A stretch of 64,000 bases of DNA. Source: Bugula neritina. Lineage: Eukaryota > Animalia > Bryozoa. Made by a program: the position numbers and the translations under genes. The stretch's first letter is position 1. Each line of letters starts with the position of its first letter. This document shows positions 40,196 to 54,146 of this stretch, piece by piece. The notes under the pieces were generated by a model that was not told the DNA's origin, ran no database searches, and was given only the letters and a program-made list of their open reading frames with translations. The stretch is from contig OZ037766.1 of NCBI GenBank assembly GCA_964035545.1, positions 5,384,722-5,448,721 of the forward strand. The letters are read 5' to 3'.

Positions 40196-43100
40196 CTATT
40201 CAGAAAGTAATTGTGAGACATTTTCTTCTTCTGGTATTAGTCCTATGCTCTTAGCGTACTCTAGTATAACAGTGTGACAGAAGAGGTATTGTTCAGGCGT
40301 CTGCACCGCGTAGGCTCTTTGAGTTCGAAGCAGTTGAACAACCGACTTCACGTTGACCATTTGAAGGTCATCTAACATATGCATGCATATGTCTGTGCAC
40401 ATGAAGGTTCCAGATCGGCCTACACCGGCACTGCAATGTATGATTAGGGGTGGACCCATCGGATGACCCTGTAAATTCACATGAAAAACATGTTAAATTC
40501 AAATAATTTTTTCAAACATAATGCTTAGGAAGTGGTGTGTAATGTTTTATATTATTAGCCTGTGATTTCAAGATATGAAATTAAAAAGTTGTATAAAGCA
40601 AACTGGCAGAAGGAGTTGATGTTATTTTTTGCATACATGGAGCATCAATATTAGTATATAATGAAATACTAAGATCTAAAAATTTAATATGCTTTACAGT
40701 GGCATACATAATAAAGTATATAATGCGAGCTCATTAGTGATTTCAATAATAAGGTAAGAATATTTTTATTCAGAAGTGTTTGACATTTTTAGCATTGAAT
40801 AAATATAAAAAGCAAAATATGCTCTGCTATGCAAGCTTTTTGTATAAAGCTACAAAGTTAAAGCCCAGTAAGCTAAATAAAGCTATGAAAAAGCCTCCAC
40901 CACTATAAAAACCAAGTTTTAGTATATATATTTGCTACTGGGTGTGCAGCTGCAAGAGAAAGAGTGGTCTCTCTTTTTCTGCTTGTCTTTAATTAAGTAT
41001 TTTATTTTGTTTAGTTTAAAACACAGCTAGTTGACACTATACAAGTAGTGTGTTTTTGTTTGTTGCTAAATTGTTTTTAAATTAAAGTGAAAGGTGATTA
41101 ACCTTTTTGATTGGCTATGCCATCTGTGGTAAGCATTTTAGTGATTTATATTTTATCATGTTTTGAAATCAAATTGATTAGAATACATGTTAGAATTTTA
41201 AAAATATTTCTGTTTAAAATATGTGCTTTTAGCTGTTTAATCATTTGTTTTTCAATGTTATTGATTATCTTGTTATTAAAATTGATTTTGACATTTTATA
41301 GGGAGAGTATGTCCAAAACCTGCTAAGTTCTGGACAGCTGGGAGACCTGTGTGGGCGTATGAATGGAGTTAATTCTGAGCGGACACCAGGTAAACCAATA
41401 GAACAAGTAATGATATTATAATTTAAAATGGTTAAAATTCAGGCGTTTTAACCTCTGACTGTTTAACCTTGCATAAACATACAGAATTTTTGTGAAACAA
41501 TTGTGCTTGCAACAGAGTAGCCCCATATCACTCTTGTAAATTATTTTAGCAGCTATGAATGAAACTTATTAAACAAAGCACTTTTAGTACAAACTAGCTG
41601 TGATTAAAGAGTTAGATCTAGCAATTGTAGAATCTGGAAAAATCTGGTTTCTGAAATAATACAAAAGGAGTTATTTTCTTTTTAACAACACCAAAATTAA
41701 TTGAAAAAAATTAAATAACTTGGACTGCTGAAATTTTCATTAATTGCACCTAGAGGCTAATTGTAATTAAATTTTTTCCTAATTATAAAACAGCTTTAGT
41801 CCTAATCTTAAGTAACCCAGTTTGCCGTAGTCTTATTTTTATATCTTTGATTTAGGTGTCTGCACCTATATAATATTGTTAAAAAGATATAAAACAAATT
41901 AAAATATATTGTTATGTAGAGTTGTAATGTTTAAGGAGTTCCTGCTATTGAATCTAATCAGCCTTCTGACTGGAACAGCCAACTGTTGAACCTTCGCTTG
42001 CAGCTCTACAAGCAGGCTCACCAAACACCTGGTGAGGCGCCTCATCCGATAGGCACCCAGTCTTTGCCAACTCCGCCAGATGACGTGAGAATACAAAAAC
42101 CATTAGTGAGTCTGAATAGCAACTACTACAAGTATTGCCATCTGAAAACAACTTTTAGTCAAACAGATTTGTTTATCATTGTAATAGAGTCTCCGAATTG
42201 ACATTACTATTTTATTTTCCAGACCGAAGCAAGTGTAAATGGATATATGATGCCACCAGCTATTTGTGCTGTGAGTGGTGAGAAATGCAATGGCCGTGTA
42301 GTTGAACATGCTCCAACGACCTCAGGTTCAAACATGCCTGCTCAAGCTAAGGGACGGCCCCTTCGTGGCACCGGTTATGCAACAGGAAGTTATGTCGCTG
42401 GCGATGGCTTTAGATGTGATGAGGACTTGAAAGGCTGGAAGTCATCTGACATGGGTGGAGCACAAGATGGCGGCTGTGCTAATATGGCTACATGCTGTAA
42501 TCAATTGGTAAGTTATCAACCATTTGCTGTTTTTTTACTTGTTTGATTTTATATGTTGAAATTCAGATAATAGTAAAGTAGGCGTATATATGTTAAATGT
42601 TTTGTTTTTATTTTAGGAAAGTTTCCACATTCAAGATAGAGCAAATGACTCGGCTGAGAATGTGAGCCCGCAGGATCAAATACCAAGCAGGTTAGTGTTA
42701 TTTTGACTTTTTTAAACTGAAAAACATCCAAACATGTTTTTTTAAATTCATTTACATTCTAAGTAATCAGTCTTTCTATTAAAGTAACATTTTATTGGCA
42801 GAGATGGAAGGTACAAGAGTAGCCTGTGCAAACCTCTCTCTGTATCCACTGCAGGTAAAAACTCAATAATCATATATGCATGTAGGTAAAATGTTTTTGA
42901 AGCACTGGTTGCAATTGTTGCATTGAAATCTTAACTTCACTAGCACCTTTTTGATCAGGAAATGTGCATTGGTGGTACAAATCGGCCGGGCCAGCAAACT
43001 ACTCACAGCTGAATGGTAGCAGCTTGCTGATGCCTGGATGCTTCAACATTGACCTTGTTGCTGACAGTCACAGGAGTGCTGCAGGTAACGGATTTCACAA

Positions 43101-46100
43101 CAGCTGTCCAATGCACTCGCAACTAGCCAGCAGCTGGGAAAAAGGCTAATAAGATAACTGTTTTGTAAAACTTAGCTAAATTTTTACATGATTTTAAACA
43201 GTTTTACACAAATGTGAAAGTTGTAGTAACTGCTTAGTGTTTAATGACAACTGAAGTGCAATTGTTATTCCATATTAAATCCGTATTATTTTAGCCCTGA
43301 ATAACCCAACGTGCACATGGAGTGGGGTCCTGGCACCGTACAGTTGGAGTCACCCTTTATACTCTAACAAGGTGTTTGTTGGCGGGGTACCTTGGGACAC
43401 TAGTCCAAGTATGTCATTCAAACTATATTATTGAGCCTTTTGTGTTAATGTTCGTGAGGTAATAAAGGCAGTCATTTTATGAGGAACATAATATGAGGTA
43501 CTATAATATTAGTTGCTTTCTTTGTCTCTTTTTTCTAATTTGCACACAGTGTCACAATATATATTTAAATAAGAAAGCCACTAACTTTAGGAAAAATATG
43601 TTCTTTGGGATAGTAACTTTCATATGTAAATTTTTTGGTTTTATTAAAGGGTAAACCATGGATAATTAAAATTTAAAATTTTACAGTGGTCCTTCAATTG
43701 GCATTCCAAAAGTTTGGTTTGCAAAAAATAGAAGTTCCAGGGGTGAACGCAAGGCCAAAACATCCCAGATGTCCGAATCAAGGAAAGAACCAAGTTATTG
43801 ATAGTCCTGGTACTGCTAGTGCATTTTGCCATGGTAAGAAGCTGCTAGGAACATAATTTTGCAGTTTTGTGAAACTTGGAAATTTTCTAATAACATGATT
43901 TCCTTATGCATGTTTTAGGATACGTCTACGCTGTATTTGAAACGAGCAAGAGTGTGCGATTCCTACTTGACTCTTGCCACCAGGATGTGAGGAATGCTGG
44001 AGAATATTATTTCTCCATATCCAGCCGAAAAATGAAGATCAAAGATGTGCGTTCCTGTCGTATAGTCTCTCAAAGTGATAGTCTCCAAATCAATTTTGCA
44101 TCAGCTAGCGAGAAGTTATCTTCTCTTCTTTATATGGCTGCAATACATAAATCTCAGCATATATCCAATTTGTTGCAGGTGCAAATAATTCCTTGGATAG
44201 TGAATGACACCAACTTCCTGAGTCCCATTCACCATCACATCAAGTTGAGCAAAGATCGAACTGTGTTTGTCGGGGCGCTGCATGGAATGCTGACTGCTTC
44301 AGGTTTGGCACGCGTCATGAATGACCTATTTGGAGACGTGGTATACGCCGGCATCGACACCGACAAGTACAAGTACCCCATCGGTATGAATCTTAAGCTA
44401 AGTATAGTGCTTGCCAACTTTAGCCTGTGAGTTTAAATTTTGTAGCCTTGAACTGCTGATTTGATGCTCTGAATCAATTGGTGATTGTAACAGGTTCTGG
44501 ACGTGTGACGTTTGGCTCAATAGAAAGCTATACCAATGCTATTCAAACTGCATTTGTGGAAATAAAAACTCCAAAATTTGTCAAGAAGGTAAATTTTCAA
44601 AGTCAACTGCATAGCCTGGTATACTGTCTTGTAAGTAGCTTGTATGTCCACAATATTGTGTTGTTTTTTCTTCATTAAAATAATTGTTTGAGTTGCAAGT
44701 GCTAACTTCAAAACCACAAAGCAGGAATGTTGAATATTAAGTATGGTATGATTATGTCCTGTTTACAGATTCAAATAGATCCCTATTTGGAAGAAAGCCT
44801 TTGCTCTGTGTGTTTGGTTAACCCTGGGTGCTACTTCTGCCGGAACACATCTTGCTTTAAGGTAATTTTTACCCTGCTGTAAGTTCATATGTTTAGTTAC
44901 TAGTTCTACTCTAACATGGATATTGATTCAGAGTTGTATTCTCATGTGTGTAATTTGTAGTATTACTGTGTAAAATGTTGGAAGCTGACTCACAGCGAAT
45001 CGGACGGAGTCTCTGGACTTCACCTACCCATGACTCGCAACTCCAACTTTAAACCTAGTGCAGCAGTAGTACGACAGCTGCCCGAGTTTAAAGCTACAGA
45101 GCTTAGGCCTAGTCCGAGATTTTAGCTTTCTTTTTTACATATTATAGACTAGGCCTATAATTGTTATATTTTGTCATTGCTTAGCCACAGCATTAATCGT
45201 GTTGATTTACTATAACTCATTGACTTGGCAAGGAGAGTCAAAATTAGTTTGTTTGCTAGAAAAAATGTTAATTATTTCTAATTTATTTTTAAAACGTTCT
45301 TAATTTTTTGAATAAAATATATTATTTTGACACTTACTTTCCAGTTTTCTAAAGCTTGAGTAGCTTTCTTTTGTAAGTTTCTTGAGATGGAAAGAAATTT
45401 AATAAGATGATCTGGCGAAGCCGGTACTCCGTAATCAGGCCACAGTAAGAATAGCAGATGATTGAGGATTCTCACTTGACCAGTCTAGAAAGTATACCAA
45501 TATACTAGTTCATGTCTAATCATAAAGTTAAATTGACATTCTAATACAGCATAATATACCATATTACATATATTATATTTTTACTCACAGAGTGGTTCTG
45601 TAATCGAAGTTTAGTAACAACTTGTTCATCACTGCTTTCCATTTCCAGATTATGCAAAACCCAGTTTCCAAATTGCATGGCTGTGTTTGATTCCAATGGC
45701 CAATAAGTTGCGCATTTGGTTCTACCCTTCTCTACTAGTCTATGGAGCATTAAATGCTAGTCAATTAAACTATCTAACTTAGCACTGGATACATGCAATA
45801 ATCTAACTTTTTTTCCTGAAACTTTATCTCTAATGGTCATGCACATTAGCACATGAAATGTTGCATATAAATACCAAAACTTGAGAATGTACGTGAAATT
45901 ACTCTTGCATAAATGACAACAGTTTCTTCAGATTGATATTTACATACAAAATAATAAATAATTGCAAAATAGTTATATGGCATTGCTTAATTTAGCTGAG
46001 TTTATTATTTAGCAACACATTAAGTCCCTAACAGTAAAAAATTGGTTATTTGACCATCAGTGCCTGCTGTTGAGAAATTCAAGCATTCAAGCAATAAAGA

Positions 46101-49100
46101 TTCTAACTATATTTTATCTGCTAAGGAGTTATCTTCTTTTGGTGCTATAATATTGCTGTACTATAATTTGAAAAGAGTATACAGAAGGTAATCACACATA
46201 AAATAAGCTAAATACTGCTACAGATTTACAGAATCTTTATAAATGTTTTACAAACATACTTGGTAGTCATGACGATGAGTCGTACTTCCTCCTGCCACAC
46301 CATGTTCCAGAAGTCAACAATAGTTCTATTAGTTGGACCTTGGCAACATATGTAGGCTTTTTTATGCGTATATCCATTAACAAAGTTGGCGTTGATATAG
46401 TCTGTGGTAGTAGGCTCCTTCAACTTGACTCTCGTGGAGTCATAACAGGGTATGTCAGTGTATCTGTTCTTATTGCTGTTACCTTTCATTCTGTTCAACA
46501 TTAAAGTGCAAGTCTTACAGAACTGGGTGAGTTGATCATCGATATGATGTCACCAAATAGCCAAATAAGTTTAGGGGTTGTGCAGTAGTCAGATGACTTA
46601 TCTACATATCAGCCAATGAAGTAACTCTTATATTTAATCTACCAATCAATTCAGCTCTTTTATAATTCTACTTTGACTCATAGTTAGTAGTTGATGCAGT
46701 GGGATTCCAAACCCTATTAATGGCATATCATTTTCTTCACATTTTTTATTTTTAAAATCCAGATAACTAAAGAATGATCTAGAAATGAGGGTAGCTATAT
46801 ATCTTAGATTATCAGAAAAAGCATGTTTTCTTACTTCTATAAAACATGTATAAGCTTGCACCACCTACCTAGTTGTACGTGCTATCTACATGTATATGTG
46901 AACCACCTACCTGTATGCATGCACTACCTACTCATGAAAACTTATGTAAATCATGTTGCAATTATTGGTCAACTAACAATGTTGAAACAACTCCAACTTT
47001 TCACTAGTCAGAGATATATTAAAAGGTGTCTTTACCTCGCTGTGTCAAATGTGCTTGCAAATGGCTCGTTCACAATATAGAAGTATTGGGATCTCAGCCC
47101 TTCTGATTTATACAGCTTGACTTGGTCCAACTGCTGCTCAGGGGTCATCAACAATGTAGTCTTCGAGGTAAAGACAGACTCGTATAGTTCTGGATTGTCT
47201 ACTTTAGAAGTCTCTGATTTACTTCTCTCAAGTTTGCTGAGGTCTTGCTTATTAGAACCGATGCTACTGCAAAGACAAATTCGTTAAATGTTGTATAAAT
47301 GATGTTTGTTTATTTATAACATTCTAAATTTTATGCTGGGAAATAAAAATAATACACATTTACACTAGCTTTTTTAATGTCAAAATGAATTTGCACACTA
47401 TTATAATACTGAGAAAGCTTGTGAATAGTAATATATATTAATTATACACATCTTCATTTCTATGTTTTAGCAATTGCTAGCGGAGAGATATTTTTACGAT
47501 ATTCAAGCTATAAGAATATTGTAAAGGAGAATGTTTTATATACAGTAATAGTTACTCAACAAATTTGAAAAAAATACACAACTAGTATATAACTTTAGTC
47601 TACCAATAGCATGAAGAATATATAATGGTGTATACAAATAGTATCATACCATTATAGCATAGCTGCTAAAATATATTGCCAAACACCATCAAATAACATA
47701 ATATACCTATATCAGAAGATTTTACTGAAATAAAACTATTACACTTGCATGTTTCAATTAACTTTACAGGAATGATAAAAGCTAAAGTAGACTGAGATAC
47801 AAACTCACCCGCCTGCTGATGAACGGGCCGGGGGTGTGACCGAAGGTGTAGGCACCGCACTGCTAGGTTTATTTGACAGAGCAGATTTTTTTCTCAGATC
47901 CGGGAGACCAGATGGTTTCTTTTCCACACTTTCAGGAGCTACATCAATCGATTTCTTGATGTCCTGTTTACCTTCATTAGTAGCTTGAGGTGCTGGTTTA
48001 CTTTTGCTTTCTTCAGTCTTACTCGGTGGACTTGCTGGCGCATCCTTGTTAGGGTCACTCGAGGCAGCAGGTTTTCGAACAATTTTAGAAGACAGCAGTG
48101 TTTGAGTGCCAGTTCGCATTTTTTGTAGTGGTAGTTTAGAATGCCGATATATTTTATAGCTAATAAGACGATAGTATGTATCGGTAGGTTTCTGTAGGAG
48201 AGCAGCAAATTGTTGTACATTTTTAATTGGCTTAAAATCTTCTTCAGTAACTTGTGTACCAATCTCATAACCATAAAAGGTTAAGTCTGTCTGAGTGGTG
48301 CTATGGCTCGGAGACTGAAGTTTGAAATTGTTTTTATTTTTCCTAGATCTAAAAGCTGCAACTTTCAAGAACAAAGATGTCGGTAAAGTTAGAGATGCCG
48401 CAGGTACGACTGAGTTTTTAAATAGCTCAAACTCTTGCTCTACAACATTTGTGCCGACAGAAAACCCATATTGGTATTCTGCTGGCAAATCATCAACCTC
48501 TTCCTCATCCGAATCATCGTCGTCAAAATCTTCCCCATCGTCACTGTCAGAATCGTCATCATCTTTGTCACTTTCATCGTTGGATCCAAAAAGCATTTTG
48601 TAACCTTCATCTATTTTGGCCATTGTGTAGTTTACATTTTGCTTTGTCTCATCAAACACAGTATTTAGCGAGTATTTCATTAAAGATGTTTTATCTTTTA
48701 ATATTTCACTGGCATTAGAGATCCTTGATGAAACCTGAGATTTAAGTACAGCTGAAGATTTTTGAATCTTATCTTTAATTCCAATTGATTTAGTAGCAAT
48801 TTTATCTTTTAACCCGACTGATTTAGAAGCAAGTGTTTCTCTCAACTTTGGAATTGAAAAATTTAAAGTTTTCTTGCCTTTAAAATTGGAAGGTTTTAAA
48901 TTTTCCATAGAGTTTGAGTGGCAATGCTGATATTTCATAGAATTAGCATTATCATTAAAGTCGATCTTATTTTCAAACTCATCGCTGTCTACCCAATCAT
49001 TCATTTTTTGTGATTCCTTACTGGCATTTCTTTGAGGACTTTTATAATATAGAGAATTATTGACTTTATAATCATAGGTTTTGTGATTGCCACTACTACT

Positions 49101-49445
49101 ATTTAGTGGAAATGGGTAATTTGCAAAATCATCAAGACTTCCACGAATGCCATTACCTACAGAGCTCTTAGGACTTCTAGTTGTATAGTTGTCTGGAATC
49201 TGGTGGTTCCCGTGCCGGCCGTGGAACCTGTAGTTTTCCAGATCTGTATAATTCTGAAAATTTCCGAAACCCTGTGGACCCTGACTGTTTCCCCGATTGA
49301 TAATATTCTGTATGTTTTGACGGTTTTGAATCATTGGTAAGGCAGCCCGAGGGTTTTGTGCTTGTGCTTGATCTTCCTCATCCTCCTGCAGCCCAGGGTA
49401 GAAGGACTCGCAGGTAGTATGAAGGCTTTCACTGTCATCACTCAT
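40196..49445 (-). CDS. Non-receptor classical protein tyrosine phosphatase, PTPN9/MEG2-like catalytic domain behind a long low-complexity N-terminus
   Basis: Exons ~49445-47809, 47266-47036, 46490-46260, 45739-45589, 45484-45338, 40468-40196 in phase. [83 protein letters not shown]. Start codon uncertain (possible acceptor at 49480). Confidence 0.88.
41302..45125 (+). CDS. CPEB1: Cytoplasmic polyadenylation element-binding protein, CPEB1/Orb subfamily (2 RRM + ZZ), nested in the PTP intron
   Basis: Exons 41302-41389, 41936-42105, 42223-42507, 42617-42690, 42802-42853, 42959-43084, 43295-43408, 43687-43833, 43919-44046, 44179-44383, 44494-44588, 44769-44861, 44961-45125 in phase. [87 protein letters not shown]. 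Orthologue versus paralogue not resolved. Confidence 0.9.
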
Positions 49446-51647
49446 TACTATTTCATCACTCACTTTACGCTGCTTGCATTCTATTTTATATAACTCTTGT
49501 CATCTTAAATAAAACTTATATTATAGCATTGTTTGTTCTTAGCAATGTGCAGCATTTCATTACGCATTGTTGCTGTTAAAGTCGCATGCTACCCTGTAAA
49601 CTATCTTGAAAATTTATATTAGAAAATGATAAAAGTAGTCAATTTTATACAAATATTATAATAATTTGACGAAAATTAAGTGCTATCTACAGATTAATGT
49701 CATTATATTGAACTCTTGATAGTATGCATAGGAATGGTACCATACTAAAATTTTTAAATTATCTGATTGCATATATTAAGATTGATTGCCATAGATTTAT
49801 CATTATAATAAATATAATATTATATTATTAATAATTGAACCAATTTTATGAGTATATGAGGAGCTACATGTAAATGATCAACTATAAAAGCATAGCTTTA
49901 AAACTTTGGTAATTTTATTAAATTTACAGATACATTCGAATGTCACAAATCATTACAACACAGTGGAAGTTATTCATTTCTGCATGTTTTATTCTTTGTT
50001 ATTTAGAAGCATGCATAATACTTTATCTAACAGCACTAGCCAGTGTGTAGATCAAGTGCAATATGAAGTCTGAGGTCTAACATGTTATATAATAAATACA
50101 ACTTGAAAAAGGTTTTGAGACAAAACAAAAGTTTGGAACTTGGTTTAATATAAATTTCTCAAGGCAACTTTGAATGATATGCATAAAATACCCACTGTGC
50201 CAAGCATGGGACATAATTTAGGGTCATGCTACTACAACTGCTACTGTATATTAAAGGCCAGCTACTACAATAAAATAATTATTTGATCTTTGATCTTCAG
50301 GTTGTTTAGTCACAAGTATACACTTGGCTAGACAGATATTATCTAAGAAAAAATTCCTGCTTTGCATTGACTTAGTGAGTGCGACAAGTTAAACTCTCCT
50401 TTGTATACTTCATGGTCAACTCCCTCTAAAGGGGTCAAATCAGCAACCAATAAGAGTAAAATAACAAAGATCAATTAAACCTTTTTCTTATGTTTATGTT
50501 TACGTAAGAAACCCAGCACTACAAAAACACAGGCTCTACCTTATTAAAGAAAACATTCTTGAGTTCACTAATTATGTAAACCCTTTGGCTGAAAGGGTGC
50601 AATTGAAAGACCTGTTATGCACATATACTGCACATACCTATCAAAAGATTTTTATAGCATGAAAATTCTAAAGAAAAATTCTATGTCAGATGAATAAGAA
50701 GTATATGTGATGAAGAAATGTTATGAAACAAAGGGCTGCTAGCAACTAATAACATATGTGAGACTACGATTACATCAGTGGCCTATTGCATTCAGCAGGT
50801 AGTGAGAGAAGCATATAGAGATATTTTTGAATTCTGAGCATATATTTATAACAAGGTGAGTTCGAGATTAACCTCAGCTCCATTCACCGTCATATTATTA
50901 GAAAAATCTTTGAGTGGGTAAATAATGACTCTTACCAAATTTCACTTCTTATTACTTGACACTTTATAGTTTATGCTATACATACATTGTGACCATAAAT
51001 ATAATAAAACATTGCAAGAAATTTAGAAATTTTAAGTTCTATTCAATGTTGCTATTACCATAAGGACATATGTACTTGTGGAAAAAATATGATAAAAAAT
51101 TAGTTCAAGGTCAGGTATTAACAAAATAGAAGCAAAACATGTTGTAACAAAGCAATTCACAACCTAGCTCAATATTGCTGTAAACATATAAACATTAAAT
51201 GCTACTGAACTTAGCTGAAAATTTAGGTCTATTGGCATTTCATTGTTAATATCGTGCTGTACGTATTATAGTTTATTATATAAATTTGCAAGCTGTGTAA
51301 AAACATGGCATCATTATTTTAATGAGCATAAAATTTAATATTTAGCAAATTAAAATTTAGTATTTAAGATGCCAGATAGCTGCTACAAGTAGACAATGCC
51401 ACGAATAACAGCCACTTTCTAAACCTGTCAGTTATATTGGATTTTATGAAGCAATGAACTTTAAGGAAAGCAGCTATTGAATTTAGATAATCATTGTTTT
51501 TGCATTGACTTTCATGCCTATCAGTTAATTGGTGCTAAGATTTGAGATCACAGTGACTGTTGGCAAATCTTAGTGCATGTAGAAATTTATAATGCTGGTT
51601 TGATATATTGAATAGGTTTGTTGCAGACACAGGCTATATAACTGAAC

Positions 51648-52763
51648 ATGTCTGGAAGTTCTAAAGAACTAACAGCTATTATAGTAAACCTGAAGGAGGC
51701 AAGGATATTAGACAAATCAGTACAAACACTGGCGTTAGAAGAATCGTATGCCTCCAAGCTCTTAGATCTCAACAGTAAAATGGTCAAGTTCAACTATGGA
51801 AGATTGAAAAACAATGTGAATAAAATTCGGTCATACTTAAAGCCAGAGGAGATCAGCGTAATGAGAAGTTTAGAGTCAGATGGCAAGTTTAAGGCAGAAC
51901 ACCCAATGATATGCAGCAGCAGCAACGCTACAAAAATCGCTGCCGCTCATAAAAGACTGAACTTAAATTCATACAGACGAGCACAAAGTGCCATGCCAAG
52001 AATTCGACAACAGCATAGGAATACAAAACTGTGTAACAGACAAGGAGCTGTTACAAAGTCTGTTGAAATTAGCTCTTTAGACGAGATATCAGAACCTAGT
52101 CTTTTATGCTCACATCGAAAAGAAAGACCTAAAACAACTATTTTATCTGGACACGATGAAATTGACGACAAGGAGTTGACGTTGGAAAGGAACACGACTT
52201 TGCTGTTAGAGAAGATAACACGAGCTCAAAAAGCCAACAAGATTCACTCGCCACAAGTAACTTACAGCTGCCATGATGAAAAACCGCCTGAAAGTGACGA
52301 TTCAAAAGGAAACAAAAGTGTGCTTGATGCTTTTGGTCCCAACCCTTATGAGGAACGCCGACAAAAACTTCTCAAAACTGAAAGTCAAGCATTTTCACAA
52401 TTAACAAACAAAAAGCAGGGATTTGTAGAAGATGTTAAAAAGTTCATCCGAGAAAACCCATGCCCAATTTCAACAGAACCAGCAATGACTCAGGAGATAA
52501 TAAACTCAATAGACAGCATGACAGCTCGACCAGGTAGGCAGTATGCCTCTAATGGAGCTAAGGCTAGGCTTCCAAAGAGGCGTGGCCGCTTGGTGATAGA
52601 TTTGTTTGCAGAGATTAGAAAAACTCGCTATCTAAGAGTAGATGATTCCCAGATTGATTATTCTAACAGTAGTACTCTAGCACGAGAGTTTATGAAAAAA
52701 ACAGTGCAATGGCGTCATTATGAAAGCAAGCCTTTATCTTTTCATGACTCGGCCATGCTTTAA
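51648..52763 (+). CDS. Uncharacterised 371-aa basic protein, single coding exon, N-terminal helical/coiled-coil region
   Basis: 1.1-kb open frame with higher GC than its flanks; acceptor TTGCAG at 51621-51626 just upstream of the ATG. No family recognised. Confidence 0.75.
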   Translation: MSGSSKELTAIIVNLKEARILDKSVQTLALEESYASKLLDLNSKMVKFNYGRLKNNVNKIRSYLKPEEISVMRSLESDGKFKAEHPMICSSSNATKIAAAHKRLNLNSYRRAQSAMPRIRQQHRNTKLCNRQGAVTKSVEISSLDEISEPSLLCSHRKERPKTTILSGHDEIDDKELTLERNTTLLLEKITRAQKANKIHSPQVTYSCHDEKPPESDDSKGNKSVLDAFGPNPYEERRQKLLKTESQAFSQLTNKKQGFVEDVKKFIRENPCPISTEPAMTQEIINSIDSMTARPGRQYASNGAKARLPKRRGRLVIDLFAEIRKTRYLRVDDSQIDYSNSSTLAREFMKKTVQWRHYESKPLSFHDSAML

Positions 52764-54146
52764 GTTCTGATGCCATTACACTTGTGCTGCTAATACATTG
52801 TGTTTGTGATGCTTCTTGTGAGTGTAAAACTACTTTTGCTGTGATGAGTTTTTGATGAAAAAATTAACAATGCTCTTACTGACTATGCACCATTTGTATA
52901 ACACAACTTTATAGCTGGAGATCCAACCCAGAATAATGTTGCGGTTGCTTTTAATATAATTTGATTTAATAACTTGTAAAGCAAATGACGTTATTTAACA
53001 TGCTTACTGTATAATCAGCACACAGAGCAGTATTGTTTGTATTGAGATGAAATTTATATTCTCCTCGGCATAGATCCTTATAATAAGTTTGTTTTTCCTG
53101 TAAACTTTTAAGCCATTTAATGTGACAGTTACAATTAAGTATTATGCTTTTCTCTCTTATTAAATATCTCCAAAGGTTGATTAAGACAGGTGTAGTATAT
53201 AATGATAAAATTTTGAGACACCTACATTCTAGATATGAGAAATATAGCATGAGAAGTTATGTTCTCAAGTGAATTTCACCATTCAAGTTTCAAACCATAA
53301 TTTGAAAAGGCGTTTGGAGGAACTTAGGCTATTGAAATTTCGCCACTGCTGCATCCAAATGGGTAGACTAAAGAGAACCAAACTCAAAGTTGAAAACTTC
53401 AAACAATAATATTTTTTGATAGGCTTTAAATCCTTTTAAACTGGGTGTCTGATTTACTGCTAAAAACACTGGATAATCACAATATTTACCTTTCATATAG
53501 CTGTTACTTGAATTTATTAAAAGTATATTTACATTATATGCTCTAAAATCGAAGAACTATATTATATAGAATACCTACACTGCAAATTTCTTATAAAATT
53601 GCTATTTTGACTTCTTCTATGATTATATTGTAGTCTCATAAATGTGCATAATATTTAGCTTAATCTTAAAAGTACCATCCAGCAATACGTTATTTCAAGT
53701 TGAAGCGAGTTCAAATGCTTATGAGAGATAAGTATATCCCAACGTGTTTCAAAAAGTAAATGCAAGCAACAGACAGAATTACTTTTCAACAAAAGCGTTG
53801 TGTCCTAATCACCACTGTAGTACAAAGAATTGTTGAGTGAGTGAAGACTAATTGCTATTCTAATCAGCACCTCACACCCATTCATCACATTGAAGGAGTA
53901 AGTATACATGTTCACCTAATATCCTGACTCATAACTTGGCAGGTGTTACTAAAAATTATAAACAAAATATTATATTCATTGGCATTGCATTTTGTTATTC
54001 AAGTGTTGACTTGCTACTAATGGCCCCACCCAATATTCAAATGATATCATTGAAATATTAAGGCTGTTCTGAACAACATATTATGTAATTAGACCAACTA
54101 GTAGTAGAGCTCCTTGTGCTCTCTACTGTTATTGCTTTAATTGCAG

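Noticed and set aside
45126-45320. Autoregulatory CPE in the CPEB 3' UTR
   Set aside because: U-rich, but no clear canonical UUUUAU/UUUUAAU; not distinguishable from AT-rich background.
47939-48718. Overlapping short ORFs within the large PTP exon
   Set aside because: Alternate-frame and antisense shadows of a real exon.
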